Below the pieces are notes generated by a model. The model was not told the DNA's origin. It saw nothing but the letters and a program-made list of their open reading frames with translations, and made no database searches. From positions 368,066 through 432,065 of the forward strand of contig CAWCMZ010000002.1 of NCBI GenBank assembly GCA_963796775.1: a DNA stretch of 64,000 bases. Reading direction: 5' to 3'. Position 1 is the stretch's first letter. Every line of letters begins with the position of its first letter. Shown here piece after piece: positions 55,071-64,000 of this stretch. The translations under genes and the position numbers were made by a program. Origin of the DNA: an uncultured Alphaproteobacteria bacterium. Lineage in GTDB: Bacteria > Pseudomonadota > Alphaproteobacteria > Rhizobiales > Devosiaceae.

Positions 55071-56654
55071 TCAGTAGCCCAGCGCCATGCCGTCCTTGCG
55101 ATGATCCGAACCACCGATGAGAACACCCCGCCGGTGGTCGATGTAGATGGCCTGGCAGCCGCCGATAGGATCAACCGCCCAGATGGTAGCGTGGCCGCGC
55201 CCTTCGAGGTCGGTCCGCACCACCTCGCTGAAACCTCGTTCCAGCGTCAGTGTGCCGCCGAAGGCGAAGCTCCTTGGGGCCTCGTTGGCGCGCTGCGGAT
55301 CGTACCCCCGGTCGAGGACGTGGGTGAGAAAGTGGGCGTGGCCAACTGCCTGGAACTGTCCACCCATCACGCCGAACGGCATCACCGGCACGCCATCCTG
55401 CTGCAACAGGGCAGGGATGATGGTATGAAGCGGGCGCTTGCGAGGCCCGAACTCGTTCGGATGCCCCTTGATGAGCGAGAAGCCGCTGCCCCTGTTGTGC
55501 AGCAGTACGCCCGATTTGGGCGCATAGATGCCACTGCCGAAACTCGCGAAAATCGAGTTGATCAGGGACACCACATTGCGGTCGCGATCCACCACCGTGA
55601 GATAGACCGTCTCGCGGTGGATTGGACCGTCCCAAACCGAAGCCTCGCTCGCGCGACCGAGCTGGATCGGCGCACGCAGGGTCGCGATGAACGCATCACT
55701 CAGTACTTCGTCGACGCTGACGGTCATATGCGCCGGATCGGCGATCAGCAGGTCGCGCAGCCGGTATGCCGCCTTGCTCGCCTCCGCCAGAAGGTGCACC
55801 CGATCCGCCTCGCTCACCGCGTTATCGTCCAAATCGTACCCGTCGAGGATGCGGGCGATCACCAGTGCGGCGAGCCCTTGCCCGTTGGGCGGGCACTCAA
55901 GGATGTCGTGGCCGCGAAATGGCGCGCTGATGGGGTCGGTTTCGAACCCGCGATAGGCGGCAAAGTCGTCGGTCACATGCGCGCCGCCGAGGTCACGCAG
56001 TACCGACACAATGTCGTCCGCCACCTCGCCCTCGTAGAACGCGCTGCGGCCCGATTTGGCGACCGCGCGCAACGTCTTGGCCAGCGCTGGAATCGCGAAC
56101 AGGTCGCCGGTCTTCTGCACCGTTCCGAACTGTGCTCGGGTGGTAGCGTAGCGCTCGACGCGGGGCGCGCAGCGCTTCCAGTCCAGCGCCACCCGGCCGG
56201 TGACACGAAAGCCGTTTTCGGCCAGCTCGATAGCCGGGGCGAGGAGCTGCGCCAGATCGCGCGTGCCGTAACGCTCGGAAAGCTGGCACCATGCGTCTAT
56301 CGCCCCAGGCACTGTTACCGAATGCGGCGAATCCTCGGCGATAATTGTCAGCCCGGCGCCCCGCAGATCTTCGGCTGACGCTCCAGCGGGGGCCCAGCCC
56401 GAGCCGTTGAAAGCGCGCACCGGCCGTCCACCAGCCGGAGCGATGAGCGCAAAACAGTCGCCTCCGATGCCCGTCATCGCCGGTTCCACAACACATTGCA
56501 CGGCGACCGCGGCGATCGCCGCATCCATGGCGTTGCCGCCAGCACGGAGGATGTCGATTGCCGCCAGCGTCGCCAGCGGATGCGATGTGGCCGCCATGCC
56601 ATTTTCGCCGAGCGCTGCTGACCGGCCGGGCATGACGTAGTCGCGTTCGAGCAT
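55071..56654 (-). CDS. ggt: Gamma-glutamyltransferase family protein
   Basis: [25 protein letters not shown], catalytic [24 protein letters not shown]. Confidence 0.92.
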   Translation of the reverse strand: MLERDYVMPGRSAALGENGMAATSHPLATLAAIDILRAGGNAMDAAIAAVAVQCVVEPAMTGIGGDCFALIAPAGGRPVRAFNGSGWAPAGASAEDLRGAGLTIIAEDSPHSVTVPGAIDAWCQLSERYGTRDLAQLLAPAIELAENGFRVTGRVALDWKRCAPRVERYATTRAQFGTVQKTGDLFAIPALAKTLRAVAKSGRSAFYEGEVADDIVSVLRDLGGAHVTDDFAAYRGFETDPISAPFRGHDILECPPNGQGLAALVIARILDGYDLDDNAVSEADRVHLLAEASKAAYRLRDLLIADPAHMTVSVDEVLSDAFIATLRAPIQLGRASEASVWDGPIHRETVYLTVVDRDRNVVSLINSIFASFGSGIYAPKSGVLLHNRGSGFSLIKGHPNEFGPRKRPLHTIIPALLQQDGVPVMPFGVMGGQFQAVGHAHFLTHVLDRGYDPQRANEAPRSFAFGGTLTLERGFSEVVRTDLEGRGHATIWAVDPIGGCQAIYIDHRRGVLIGGSDHRKDGMALGY

Positions 56655-56852
56655 GAGTCCTCCCTGGCGCGGCCGGGCTCCTGGTGAGCTTGCCCCATAG
56701 GACCTAGCATGATCGGCTGGCCGCCCGGAACCATGTTTACCACCATCTGCGACCAAATAGACGCATGCTCCCGGGCTCCCGGCGCTACGATGGACGGGGG
56801 AGATAGCGGATGCTAAACAGCCCGGCATTGATAGGGCAAGAAATCACACCGA

Positions 56853-57710
56853 ATGGCCGCATCAGCTTCCATTGCCGTCGCCAATCCCGATGATCGGCTT
56901 CCGGTCAAGGTCATCGCCGCCGATCACCTGCGCCGCGAGGCGATGGAGGACATCTGGAACGGCCTGCTCCTCTATGAGGTTTGGACCCGCTTCGCCCTGC
57001 ACGACATCCGTCAGCGCTTTCGCCGCTCGGTTCTGGGCCCGTTCTGGCTTACCCTGAGCATGGGCATCATGGTAGGCGCAATGGGGCTGGTGTTCAGTAC
57101 GCTGTTTGGACAGGACGTGTCGCACACGCTGCCCTACATCGCCACGGGTCTGATCTTCTGGGGATTCCTGACCAGTTGCATCACCGAGGGCACCACGCTG
57201 TTCATTGGCAGCGAATCTTACCTGCGCAATGTCCCGTTGCCGATCAGCCTGCACCTGTTCCGTATGCTGGCCCGCAACATCATCATCCTGGTGTTCAACA
57301 TGGCCATCTATGTGGTGATCATTGTTGCCTTCCAGATACAGCCGGGTTGGCCGGTCCTGCTCTTCATTCCCGGCTTCGTCGTCCTGCTGATCAATGTGAC
57401 TTGGATGGGGCTCGCGTCAGCGGTCCTGTCGACCCGCTTCCGGGATATCCCCCAGGTGATCACCAACATGGTACAGGTGGTTTTCTTCCTCACCCCGGTG
57501 TTCTGGTCCCCGGCCACGCTGCCAACCCGGCCGGCCTTCGTGCAATACAACCCGTTCTACCATATGCTCGAGATCGTGCGCGCCCCGCTCCTCGGCGAGG
57601 TTACAAGCGAGGTGAGTTGGTTGGTCGCTCTGGCGATGGCGGCCGTCGGCTGTGTGCTCACAGCCTTGCTCTATCGCAGGGCCTATTCACGCATTGCCTA
57701 CTGGGTCTGA
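56853..57710 (+). CDS. wzm: Polysaccharide ABC exporter permease
   Basis: DIRQRFRRSVLGPFW, RFRDI, FFLTPVFW, NPFYH. Confidence 0.9.
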   Translation: MAASASIAVANPDDRLPVKVIAADHLRREAMEDIWNGLLLYEVWTRFALHDIRQRFRRSVLGPFWLTLSMGIMVGAMGLVFSTLFGQDVSHTLPYIATGLIFWGFLTSCITEGTTLFIGSESYLRNVPLPISLHLFRMLARNIIILVFNMAIYVVIIVAFQIQPGWPVLLFIPGFVVLLINVTWMGLASAVLSTRFRDIPQVITNMVQVVFFLTPVFWSPATLPTRPAFVQYNPFYHMLEIVRAPLLGEVTSEVSWLVALAMAAVGCVLTALLYRRAYSRIAYWV

Positions 57711-57713
57711 TCG

Positions 57714-58454
57714 ATGGCCCACATTTCCATCCGCGACCTTTCGGTCGAGTTCGCCGTCTTCGGCTCAAACGCGCGCTCGCTGAAGAACACGATCATGGCG
57801 CAGGCCACCGGTGGACGCGTCATGTCCGGCGCCCACGATGTCGTTTCCGTTCGTGCCATCGATGCGCTCAATCTCGAGATCCATGACGGCGATCGGATTG
57901 GACTGGTCGGTCACAACGGTTCGGGCAAGACGACACTGCTGCGCGTGCTCTCAGGCATCTACAAGCCCGCCTCGGGCACCATCACCATTGTCGGCCGCGT
58001 CGGTACGCTGCTCGATCCTGGCGCCGGCATGGATCCGGAGGCCACAGGAATCGAGAACATCTATCTGCGCGGTTACCTGCTTGGCATGAACCGCAAGCAG
58101 ATCGAACTCCAGATCGCCGACATCGCCGAATTCACCGACCTTGGCGATTTTCTGCATCTGCCGATGAAGACCTACTCGGCTGGCATGGCAGCGCGGCTGG
58201 CCTTTGGCATTTCAACCGCCATACACCACGATATCCTGCTGATTGACGAAGGCATAGGAGCAGGCGACGCGGCGTTTCAGGATAAGGCGCAGGCGCGCAT
58301 CGAAACGATGTTCGCGCGCGCCTCAGTTGTCATCCTTGCCAGCCACTCCGAAGCGCTGCTGGAGCGGTTCTGCACCCGCAGAATCACGATGGAGCATGGC
58401 CGCATGATCGATGACAGCCCGATCATCCCGGCCGCTAAGCCGGAAGCAAGCTGA
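57714..58454 (+). CDS. wzt: Polysaccharide ABC exporter ATPase
   Basis: GHNGSGKTT, TYSAGM, IDEGIGAGDAAF. Confidence 0.9.
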   Translation: MAHISIRDLSVEFAVFGSNARSLKNTIMAQATGGRVMSGAHDVVSVRAIDALNLEIHDGDRIGLVGHNGSGKTTLLRVLSGIYKPASGTITIVGRVGTLLDPGAGMDPEATGIENIYLRGYLLGMNRKQIELQIADIAEFTDLGDFLHLPMKTYSAGMAARLAFGISTAIHHDILLIDEGIGAGDAAFQDKAQARIETMFARASVVILASHSEALLERFCTRRITMEHGRMIDDSPIIPAAKPEAS

Positions 58455-58544
58455 CAAGCCATGACGCGGTGTTCCGCTTCGGCGCGGCGTTCCAATGGCT
58501 GCAGTCCTGACGCCACAGGCCGCCACGCGAAACCCAGGCCCGGA

Positions 58545-60377
58545 TCAGCACGCCGCCGCCACCACGGCGAGGAAGGCACTGCCATAGCGCTCCAGCTTGG
58601 CCTGCCCGACACCGGGCAGACGCATCATGTCGTCGAGCGTCGATGGTTTGAGCTGCGCCATGGCGCGCAGCGTCGCATCGTGAAAGATCACATAGGGTGG
58701 CACGCCCTGCTCACGTGCCAGGCGGCTTCGCTCACTCCGCAACGCATCGAACAGCGGCACGGCATCGTCCGGCAGGCCCGCGACGCGTTCCAGTGCCCGT
58801 CGCACCGAGGCGGCCCGTTTCGGCTGATCACGGCGCAGCACCACGCGACGCTCACCTTTGAACACGGCCCGCGCCGCGTCACTCAGCACCAGCGCGCCGT
58901 GCGCCGCGTGGTCGACGCTGACCAGCCCTGCCGCGCTGATCTGCCGAAATACCGATTGCCACAGCCGCGCATCGGTATCGTGACCCGCTCCGAACACCGG
59001 CTGGCTCTGGTGCCCGAAGCGCAGCACTTTTTCGGTCTGCTTGCCCATCAGCACATCGATCACATGCGCCGCGCCAAAGCGCTGCCCGGTCCGATAGATC
59101 GCCGCCATCGCCTTGACGACCACGTCGGTCGCGTCCCAGCTGTCAACCGGTGACAGGCAGGTGTCGCAATTGCCACAATTTCCCCCGTGCACCTCACCGA
59201 AGTGCAGTAGGATCGCCTTGCGTCTGCAATCGGCTGTCTCGCACACGGCGAGCAGCGCATTGAGCTTGCCGTGCTCCACCCGCTTCACCTCGTCCGGCGC
59301 ATTGCCTTCATCGATCATTCGCCGCCGCTGCACCGCGTCCGCCATGCCGTAGCTCATCCAGGCATCGGCCGGCAGCCCGTCACGGCCCGCGCGTCCAGTC
59401 TCCTGATAGTAGGCTTCGATCGAGGCCGGCAGATCGAGATGCGCCACGTAACGCACATCTGGCTTGTCGATCCCCATGCCGAACGCCACCGTCGCGACGA
59501 GGCAGAGATCTTCCTCCTTGAGGAAGGCGTCCTGATTGGCGCTCCGTACCTTGGCGTCGAGCCCGGCGTGGTAGGGCAGGGCGCGCACCCCATGTGCCGT
59601 CAGCCATTCCGCCGTCCGCTCCACCTTGGCGCGCGACAGGCAATAGACAATGCCGCTATCGCGCTTGTGCCGTTCGAGAAACCCGAGCAGCTGCTTTTGT
59701 GGCTGCTCCCGCTCGACAATGCTGTAGCGGATATTGGGACGGTCGAAACTCGCCGCGAAGACACGCGCCTCACCTAGCCGCAGCCGCTCGATGATATCTG
59801 CCCGCGTTGTCGGGTCTGCCGTCGCCGTCAGGGCAATGCGCGGCACCCCGGGGAACAATTCAGTAATCCGTGCCAGCTCGCGATACTCGGGCCGGAAATC
59901 ATGCCCCCACTGGCTCACGCAATGTGCTTCATCGATGGCGAACAGGGCGATGTCGATGCCGGCCAGAAGCTGCAGGAAGCCCGGCGAGGTGAGCCGTTCC
60001 GGCGCGACATAGAGCAGGTCGAGTTCACCATGGGTCAACATGCGGCGCACATTCGCGGCCTCGTCGCCGCTCAGCGACGAGTTGAGCGCCGCGGCAGAGA
60101 CGCCTGCCTGCCGCAGCGCCTCGACCTGGTCGCGCATCAGCGCGATGAGTGGCGAAATGATGATGCCAACGCCCGTCCGGCAGATCGAAGGTATCTGGTA
60201 GCAGGCGGATTTACCCGCTCCGGTGGGAAACAGCACCACCGCATCGCCACCTTCGGTGACGTGCCGTACGACGTCTTCCTGTTGTCCGCGGAAGCTGGCG
60301 TGCCCAAAGACCTGCTGCAGGATGTCCCGAGGGTCCCTGCGGAGCTGCATCGCCAGTTGAGCCACCACGTCATCCAT
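58545..60377 (-). CDS. recQ: ATP-dependent DNA helicase RecQ
   Basis: [49 protein letters not shown] (VPPYVIFHD). Confidence 0.96.
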   Translation of the reverse strand: MDDVVAQLAMQLRRDPRDILQQVFGHASFRGQQEDVVRHVTEGGDAVVLFPTGAGKSACYQIPSICRTGVGIIISPLIALMRDQVEALRQAGVSAAALNSSLSGDEAANVRRMLTHGELDLLYVAPERLTSPGFLQLLAGIDIALFAIDEAHCVSQWGHDFRPEYRELARITELFPGVPRIALTATADPTTRADIIERLRLGEARVFAASFDRPNIRYSIVEREQPQKQLLGFLERHKRDSGIVYCLSRAKVERTAEWLTAHGVRALPYHAGLDAKVRSANQDAFLKEEDLCLVATVAFGMGIDKPDVRYVAHLDLPASIEAYYQETGRAGRDGLPADAWMSYGMADAVQRRRMIDEGNAPDEVKRVEHGKLNALLAVCETADCRRKAILLHFGEVHGGNCGNCDTCLSPVDSWDATDVVVKAMAAIYRTGQRFGAAHVIDVLMGKQTEKVLRFGHQSQPVFGAGHDTDARLWQSVFRQISAAGLVSVDHAAHGALVLSDAARAVFKGERRVVLRRDQPKRAASVRRALERVAGLPDDAVPLFDALRSERSRLAREQGVPPYVIFHDATLRAMAQLKPSTLDDMMRLPGVGQAKLERYGSAFLAVVAAAC

Positions 60378-60673
60378 ATCGAGTCGCCGACCGGTTCTTG
60401 GAACACGGCGGAGCGTCAGGCGGCAAGACCATTGGGCGTGCGCCGTCCCGCAGCGCTGCGAACTGGTCCGTTGGCTCCTAGTATGTCTACTAGCAGAGCA
60501 CTGCGGCATCATTCCAAACCACAACTAAATAGTTGGATTGGACATCTTCCGTTCACCGCGACTCGCAAATGTGGTCTATTTTCTTCAGTGATTTGATTAG
60601 TTTTATTGTCACCGAAGACGGACCCGATATTCGGCGGGGAGCATTTCGGTGGCTGGCGTGCCATGCGCCGAAG

Positions 60674-61426
60674 ATGCCGGAGGGGTGCAGGGTGGGTGTC
60701 GCGGCGGCGACGAGTCTACAACTGGCGTTACTTTGCAGGGGCGGGTACGCAGTTGTGCGCGCTGCCGGTCGAGCACGTTGTCGAGACGATGCGGCCGCTT
60801 CCCGTCCGGGTATTGTCCGGTGCACCTGACTTTGTGTCGGGCATAACGGTCGTGCGCGGCCTCCCGGTAGTGGTCATCGTTGCCGCCCGTTTGCTTGGCG
60901 CCGCGGATACGAAGCCCCGACGCCTGGTAATCGTGCGTGCGGGCACCCGCCGCGTTGCGCTGGCGTTCGACGAAATCATCGGCTTCCGCAGCCCGAGGCG
61001 CTGGCCGCAGCTGCGGCGGCCGCACCCAGGATCGATGCCAAGCGCGGTCGCATTCTCGTGGTCGATGACGAGCCGGCGCTCTGCAAGACCATCGCGCGCA
61101 TGCTTGCCAAGGACCATGAGGTTATCGCCGTTACCTCGACCAAGGAGGCGCTTGGCCTGATCGCCGGCGGCAGCCGCTTCGATGCCATCCTGTCCGACCT
61201 GATGATGCCGGAGATGAGCGGAATGGAACTCAGCGCCGCCCTCACACTGTCCAATCCGGAACAGGCGAGCCGCATGATCTTCATGACCGGCGGCGCATTC
61301 TCCCCCGACGCCGCCCGGTTCCTGAACCAGCAGCCCAACACATCAATCGAGAAGCCATTCCGGCCATCGGTCCTGCATGAGGTGCTGCAGAATGCCCTGC
61401 ATCATATGGGGACAGCGGCTGCTTAA
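60674..61426 (+). CDS. Truncated CheW domain fused to a receiver domain; two apparent frameshifts
   Basis: LALLCR|AGTQLCALPVEHVVETMRPLP..VRG..RRVALAFDEIIG then RILVVDDEP..SDLMMP..FMTGG..EKPF. Confidence 0.65.
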
Positions 61427-61444
61427 GGAACAGTGTTCAACTGG

Positions 61445-63649
61445 CTAGCGTGGCCGCACCTCTACTGGAAACACCAGCACCGCGCCGCGATCTGCCTTAC
61501 CGGTGTCGGCCCGGGCCAGCGGTGTGATGGCCCGCGTTGCGCCGCCGCCCAGTCCGCGCAGCAAATTGCTCCAGCCGCTCTGCTGGGCCATGTCACGCAC
61601 CCCGGAGGGAATGCCCGGACGCTCAAGGTAGCTTAGGTCCTCCTGGCTTCCGCGTGCCTCTGTCAGCACCACAACGATCCGCTCCATCCCCTGGCTGGAG
61701 GCGGTTATGGTGCCGAAATGCGCATCAATCTTCTCGCCGCGGTTCAGCCTGAACCGTCCATCTGCCGGTGCACTGATCGAATAGTCGCTGCCGATGTACA
61801 GCACATTGACATCAACCGCCTCCACGTCGCGGTTTTCGGCCACCACGCTGACCACGTCGCCCGCGCCCAGCAACGGTGTCGTTCCGGCTTCCACCGTTTC
61901 AACGTCGTTCTCGTGCTTGACCTTGATGGCGATGCCGACATCGTTCGCCGTCAGGCTGTTGCCCGAGGCAAGCCTTGCGATGGCATTGGCGCGGAAAATG
62001 CTGATCAGGTTTCGCGATAGCGTGTCGAGAAGCGCCTCTGGCGATGCGTCGATGTCCATGCTCGGCGGCTGCCGTGCACGGAGTAGCGACAGCTCACCGC
62101 TGGGCGGCAGGAACCACAGCTTCACCTGCTTGCTACGGGCCAGTCTGCGCGCGACGGGATCATCGAACCACGCGTCGGCGGTCGCGGGGTCTGCCAGGTC
62201 CGCAATGCTGGAGCCTGAAAGCGCGGCGATGCGAAGGTCCGCAGATTGGTCCGCGTCGACCAGCTTCAGGCGCAGCGGCTTGCTGGCATCGGTAGCGATC
62301 GCGTCAAGCGCTGCGTTGATCGCCACCACCTGCTCGGTATTGTCATCGGCCAGGCGCGGTCGTGCCACCGTGAGTTCGAAATCGAAATCCACGGCCTGCA
62401 GCCGGGCGAGGGCGCCCTTGGGGATCTGTTTCAGCGTCAGCGCCGGGGCGCCGCCCTTGTCGATGGGCTCAAGCTCGCTGGTGAAGTTGTTCGCGCCGAT
62501 GACCCGCAGCCACCCCCGCGCATCGCCATCGGACAAAGCTGCGTTGTCCATCACCAGCAGCTCAGTGCCGACCGAGATGCCATTCATCAGGCCGGCCTGC
62601 AGGGTCAGCCTGCCGCCTGTCTTCTCGATCGGCCACTGCAGCACCCGGCCGCCCCCCTCGGTGGCGAACACCGGAGCATCGAGGTCGCCTTCGAACAGCG
62701 GTGTCGGCCGCAGCACGTCGCGGGCCGAATAGTCCTGCAGCACCAGTTCGCTGAGCTGCCGGTAGGTGACGTCAGGATAGCGCGCCAACAGCGTCATCAA
62801 TGAAAAGGTGAAGAGCCCATATATCTGACGCGGGATGCTCTCGGCCGCGGGATCGCCCGAGCGTTTGGGCAGCAGCATTTCCGGCGTGCGCTCCGTGCTC
62901 TGCGCCGCATAGAAGGCAACGAGGCCGCCCTGCTTCGCCGGCTCGGCCATCTGCACCTCCAGCGCTCCATGCCGGGCACCGTCGCCCACTGGCACGCGCT
63001 CCGCCATCAACTCCGCCGGGATGCCGAGGTCCTCCGCGCTCACCAATCGGCTCTGCGCCAGGTCGGGATTACCGATATCCCGTGTGGCCGAACCCGAGTG
63101 GCAGGCGTCGAAGACGGCCCAAACGAATGCACCCTTGTCGCGGATGCCGTCCAGAGCGTCGCCGATGTCGTTGTCGACAAGCGCGTTCGGTACGGCGCTC
63201 TTGTCGCTGTCCCATTTGCCAACATCGGTCGGAAGAAAAATCTCGTCGAGTTCGTCCGGCTCGGACGCGTCCCTGAGCGCCGGTTCCTGCGCGCCGTGTC
63301 CAGAAAAATGCAGATAGACGAAGTCCCCATCGTTCGATTGCTGCGCAAGCTGATCAAGCGCCGCCAGGATATTGGCGCGTGTCGGCAGGTCTGCATCCGT
63401 GCGACCGGACGCAAGGACCCGGATATCGGTCTCCGCGAACGGCAGTGGAGCATGCAGGAGATACTCATGCACCAACAGCGCGTCGTTGCGCGGACCATTG
63501 AGCTGGTCCTTTTCCGGCAGTGCAGGGTAGTCCGAAACCGCCACGATCAGTGCGCGGTTGGTGCGGGCCATCGCCGGCGCAACGGTCAATGCGGCAAGTC
63601 CGACAGCAAGCGCCGCAACGAGGGCCGCCCGTCCCACCGTCCAGTTCAT
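61445..63649 (-). CDS. Secreted caspase-family (C14) protease with C-terminal DUF4384-like region
   Basis: Signal peptide ..APAMA; RALIVAVSDY, HFSGHG, FDACHSG dyad; VNVLYIGSDYSI..GMERIVVV. Confidence 0.85.
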   Translation of the reverse strand: MNWTVGRAALVAALAVGLAALTVAPAMARTNRALIVAVSDYPALPEKDQLNGPRNDALLVHEYLLHAPLPFAETDIRVLASGRTDADLPTRANILAALDQLAQQSNDGDFVYLHFSGHGAQEPALRDASEPDELDEIFLPTDVGKWDSDKSAVPNALVDNDIGDALDGIRDKGAFVWAVFDACHSGSATRDIGNPDLAQSRLVSAEDLGIPAELMAERVPVGDGARHGALEVQMAEPAKQGGLVAFYAAQSTERTPEMLLPKRSGDPAAESIPRQIYGLFTFSLMTLLARYPDVTYRQLSELVLQDYSARDVLRPTPLFEGDLDAPVFATEGGGRVLQWPIEKTGGRLTLQAGLMNGISVGTELLVMDNAALSDGDARGWLRVIGANNFTSELEPIDKGGAPALTLKQIPKGALARLQAVDFDFELTVARPRLADDNTEQVVAINAALDAIATDASKPLRLKLVDADQSADLRIAALSGSSIADLADPATADAWFDDPVARRLARSKQVKLWFLPPSGELSLLRARQPPSMDIDASPEALLDTLSRNLISIFRANAIARLASGNSLTANDVGIAIKVKHENDVETVEAGTTPLLGAGDVVSVVAENRDVEAVDVNVLYIGSDYSISAPADGRFRLNRGEKIDAHFGTITASSQGMERIVVVLTEARGSQEDLSYLERPGIPSGVRDMAQQSGWSNLLRGLGGGATRAITPLARADTGKADRGAVLVFPVEVRPR

Positions 63650-63791
63650 TGCATTCCCCTCGGCTACCCAGCAACACATCGACCGGGAAAGTGGCATATT
63701 TTGGCTGGACCACATAGCGGCGGCCAACTAGCCGTGGTGTAATCACGGACCGCCGGGGGGCTTTCGCGCAAATATGCAAAATGAAATTCCG

Positions 63792-64000
63792 ATGCCGAGC
63801 CAGCGCGTTGACGCGGGCAATCGGACGTTGATCCTTGCCTTGCAACTGGTGGTCGCCTGCTTTCTCCTCATGCGGCTCTGGTTCGACCTGCGCGCCGACC
63901 CCATAGGCGACGAGGCCTATTACTGGATGTGGGGGCAGCAGCTCGAGCTCTCCTATTTCGACCATCCGCCCCTGAACGCCTGGATGCTTTGGCTGATCGA
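63792..64000 (+). CDS. GT39/ArnT-like membrane glycosyltransferase (5' part, runs off window)
   Basis: DEAYYWMWGQQLELSYFDHPPL motif. Confidence 0.85.
   Translation, partial: MPSQRVDAGNRTLILALQLVVACFLLMRLWFDLRADPIGDEAYYWMWGQQLELSYFDHPPLNAWMLWLI

Overview
GC-rich alphaproteobacterial DNA, probably Hyphomicrobiales and Devosia-like (inferred from chemoreceptor style and gene content). Many genes carry single-base frameshifts in patches, most likely uncorrected long-read errors. Left to right: a chemoreceptor; a deletion scar fusing a PIN-domain gene start to a chemoreceptor tail; an AbiEi-like/HipA kinase fusion with twin operators; an arabinoside-utilisation locus (two ABC systems, GH127, GH2, GH51, LacI and ArsR-type regulators); a ROK/ABC/SDR/GNAT locus; FecR-domain and enolase-superfamily genes. 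The most notable region is a 9-gene cluster at 28.8-37.1 kb that looks like an undescribed RiPP pathway: a small precursor with a Tat-like leader and, after a one-base correction, an NxS/T-rich core, plus a PqqD/RRE, an HprK-like kinase, a nucleotidyltransferase, an FkbM methyltransferase and four glycosyltransferases (GT71 Mnn2-like, GT62 Anp1-like, GT4, GT2-TPR). It has no cyclase, peptidase or exporter. Further right: a Liv-type ABC with an ScfR/RamB regulator and an SLC5-histidine kinase, a haloacid dehalogenase, TRAP-kduID, TauE, ggt, wzm/wzt, recQ, a CheW-REC chimera, a secreted caspase-family protease and the start of a GT39 gene. No rRNA, tRNA, CRISPR or transposase was seen. All family calls come from motif recognition by eye, not database searches.
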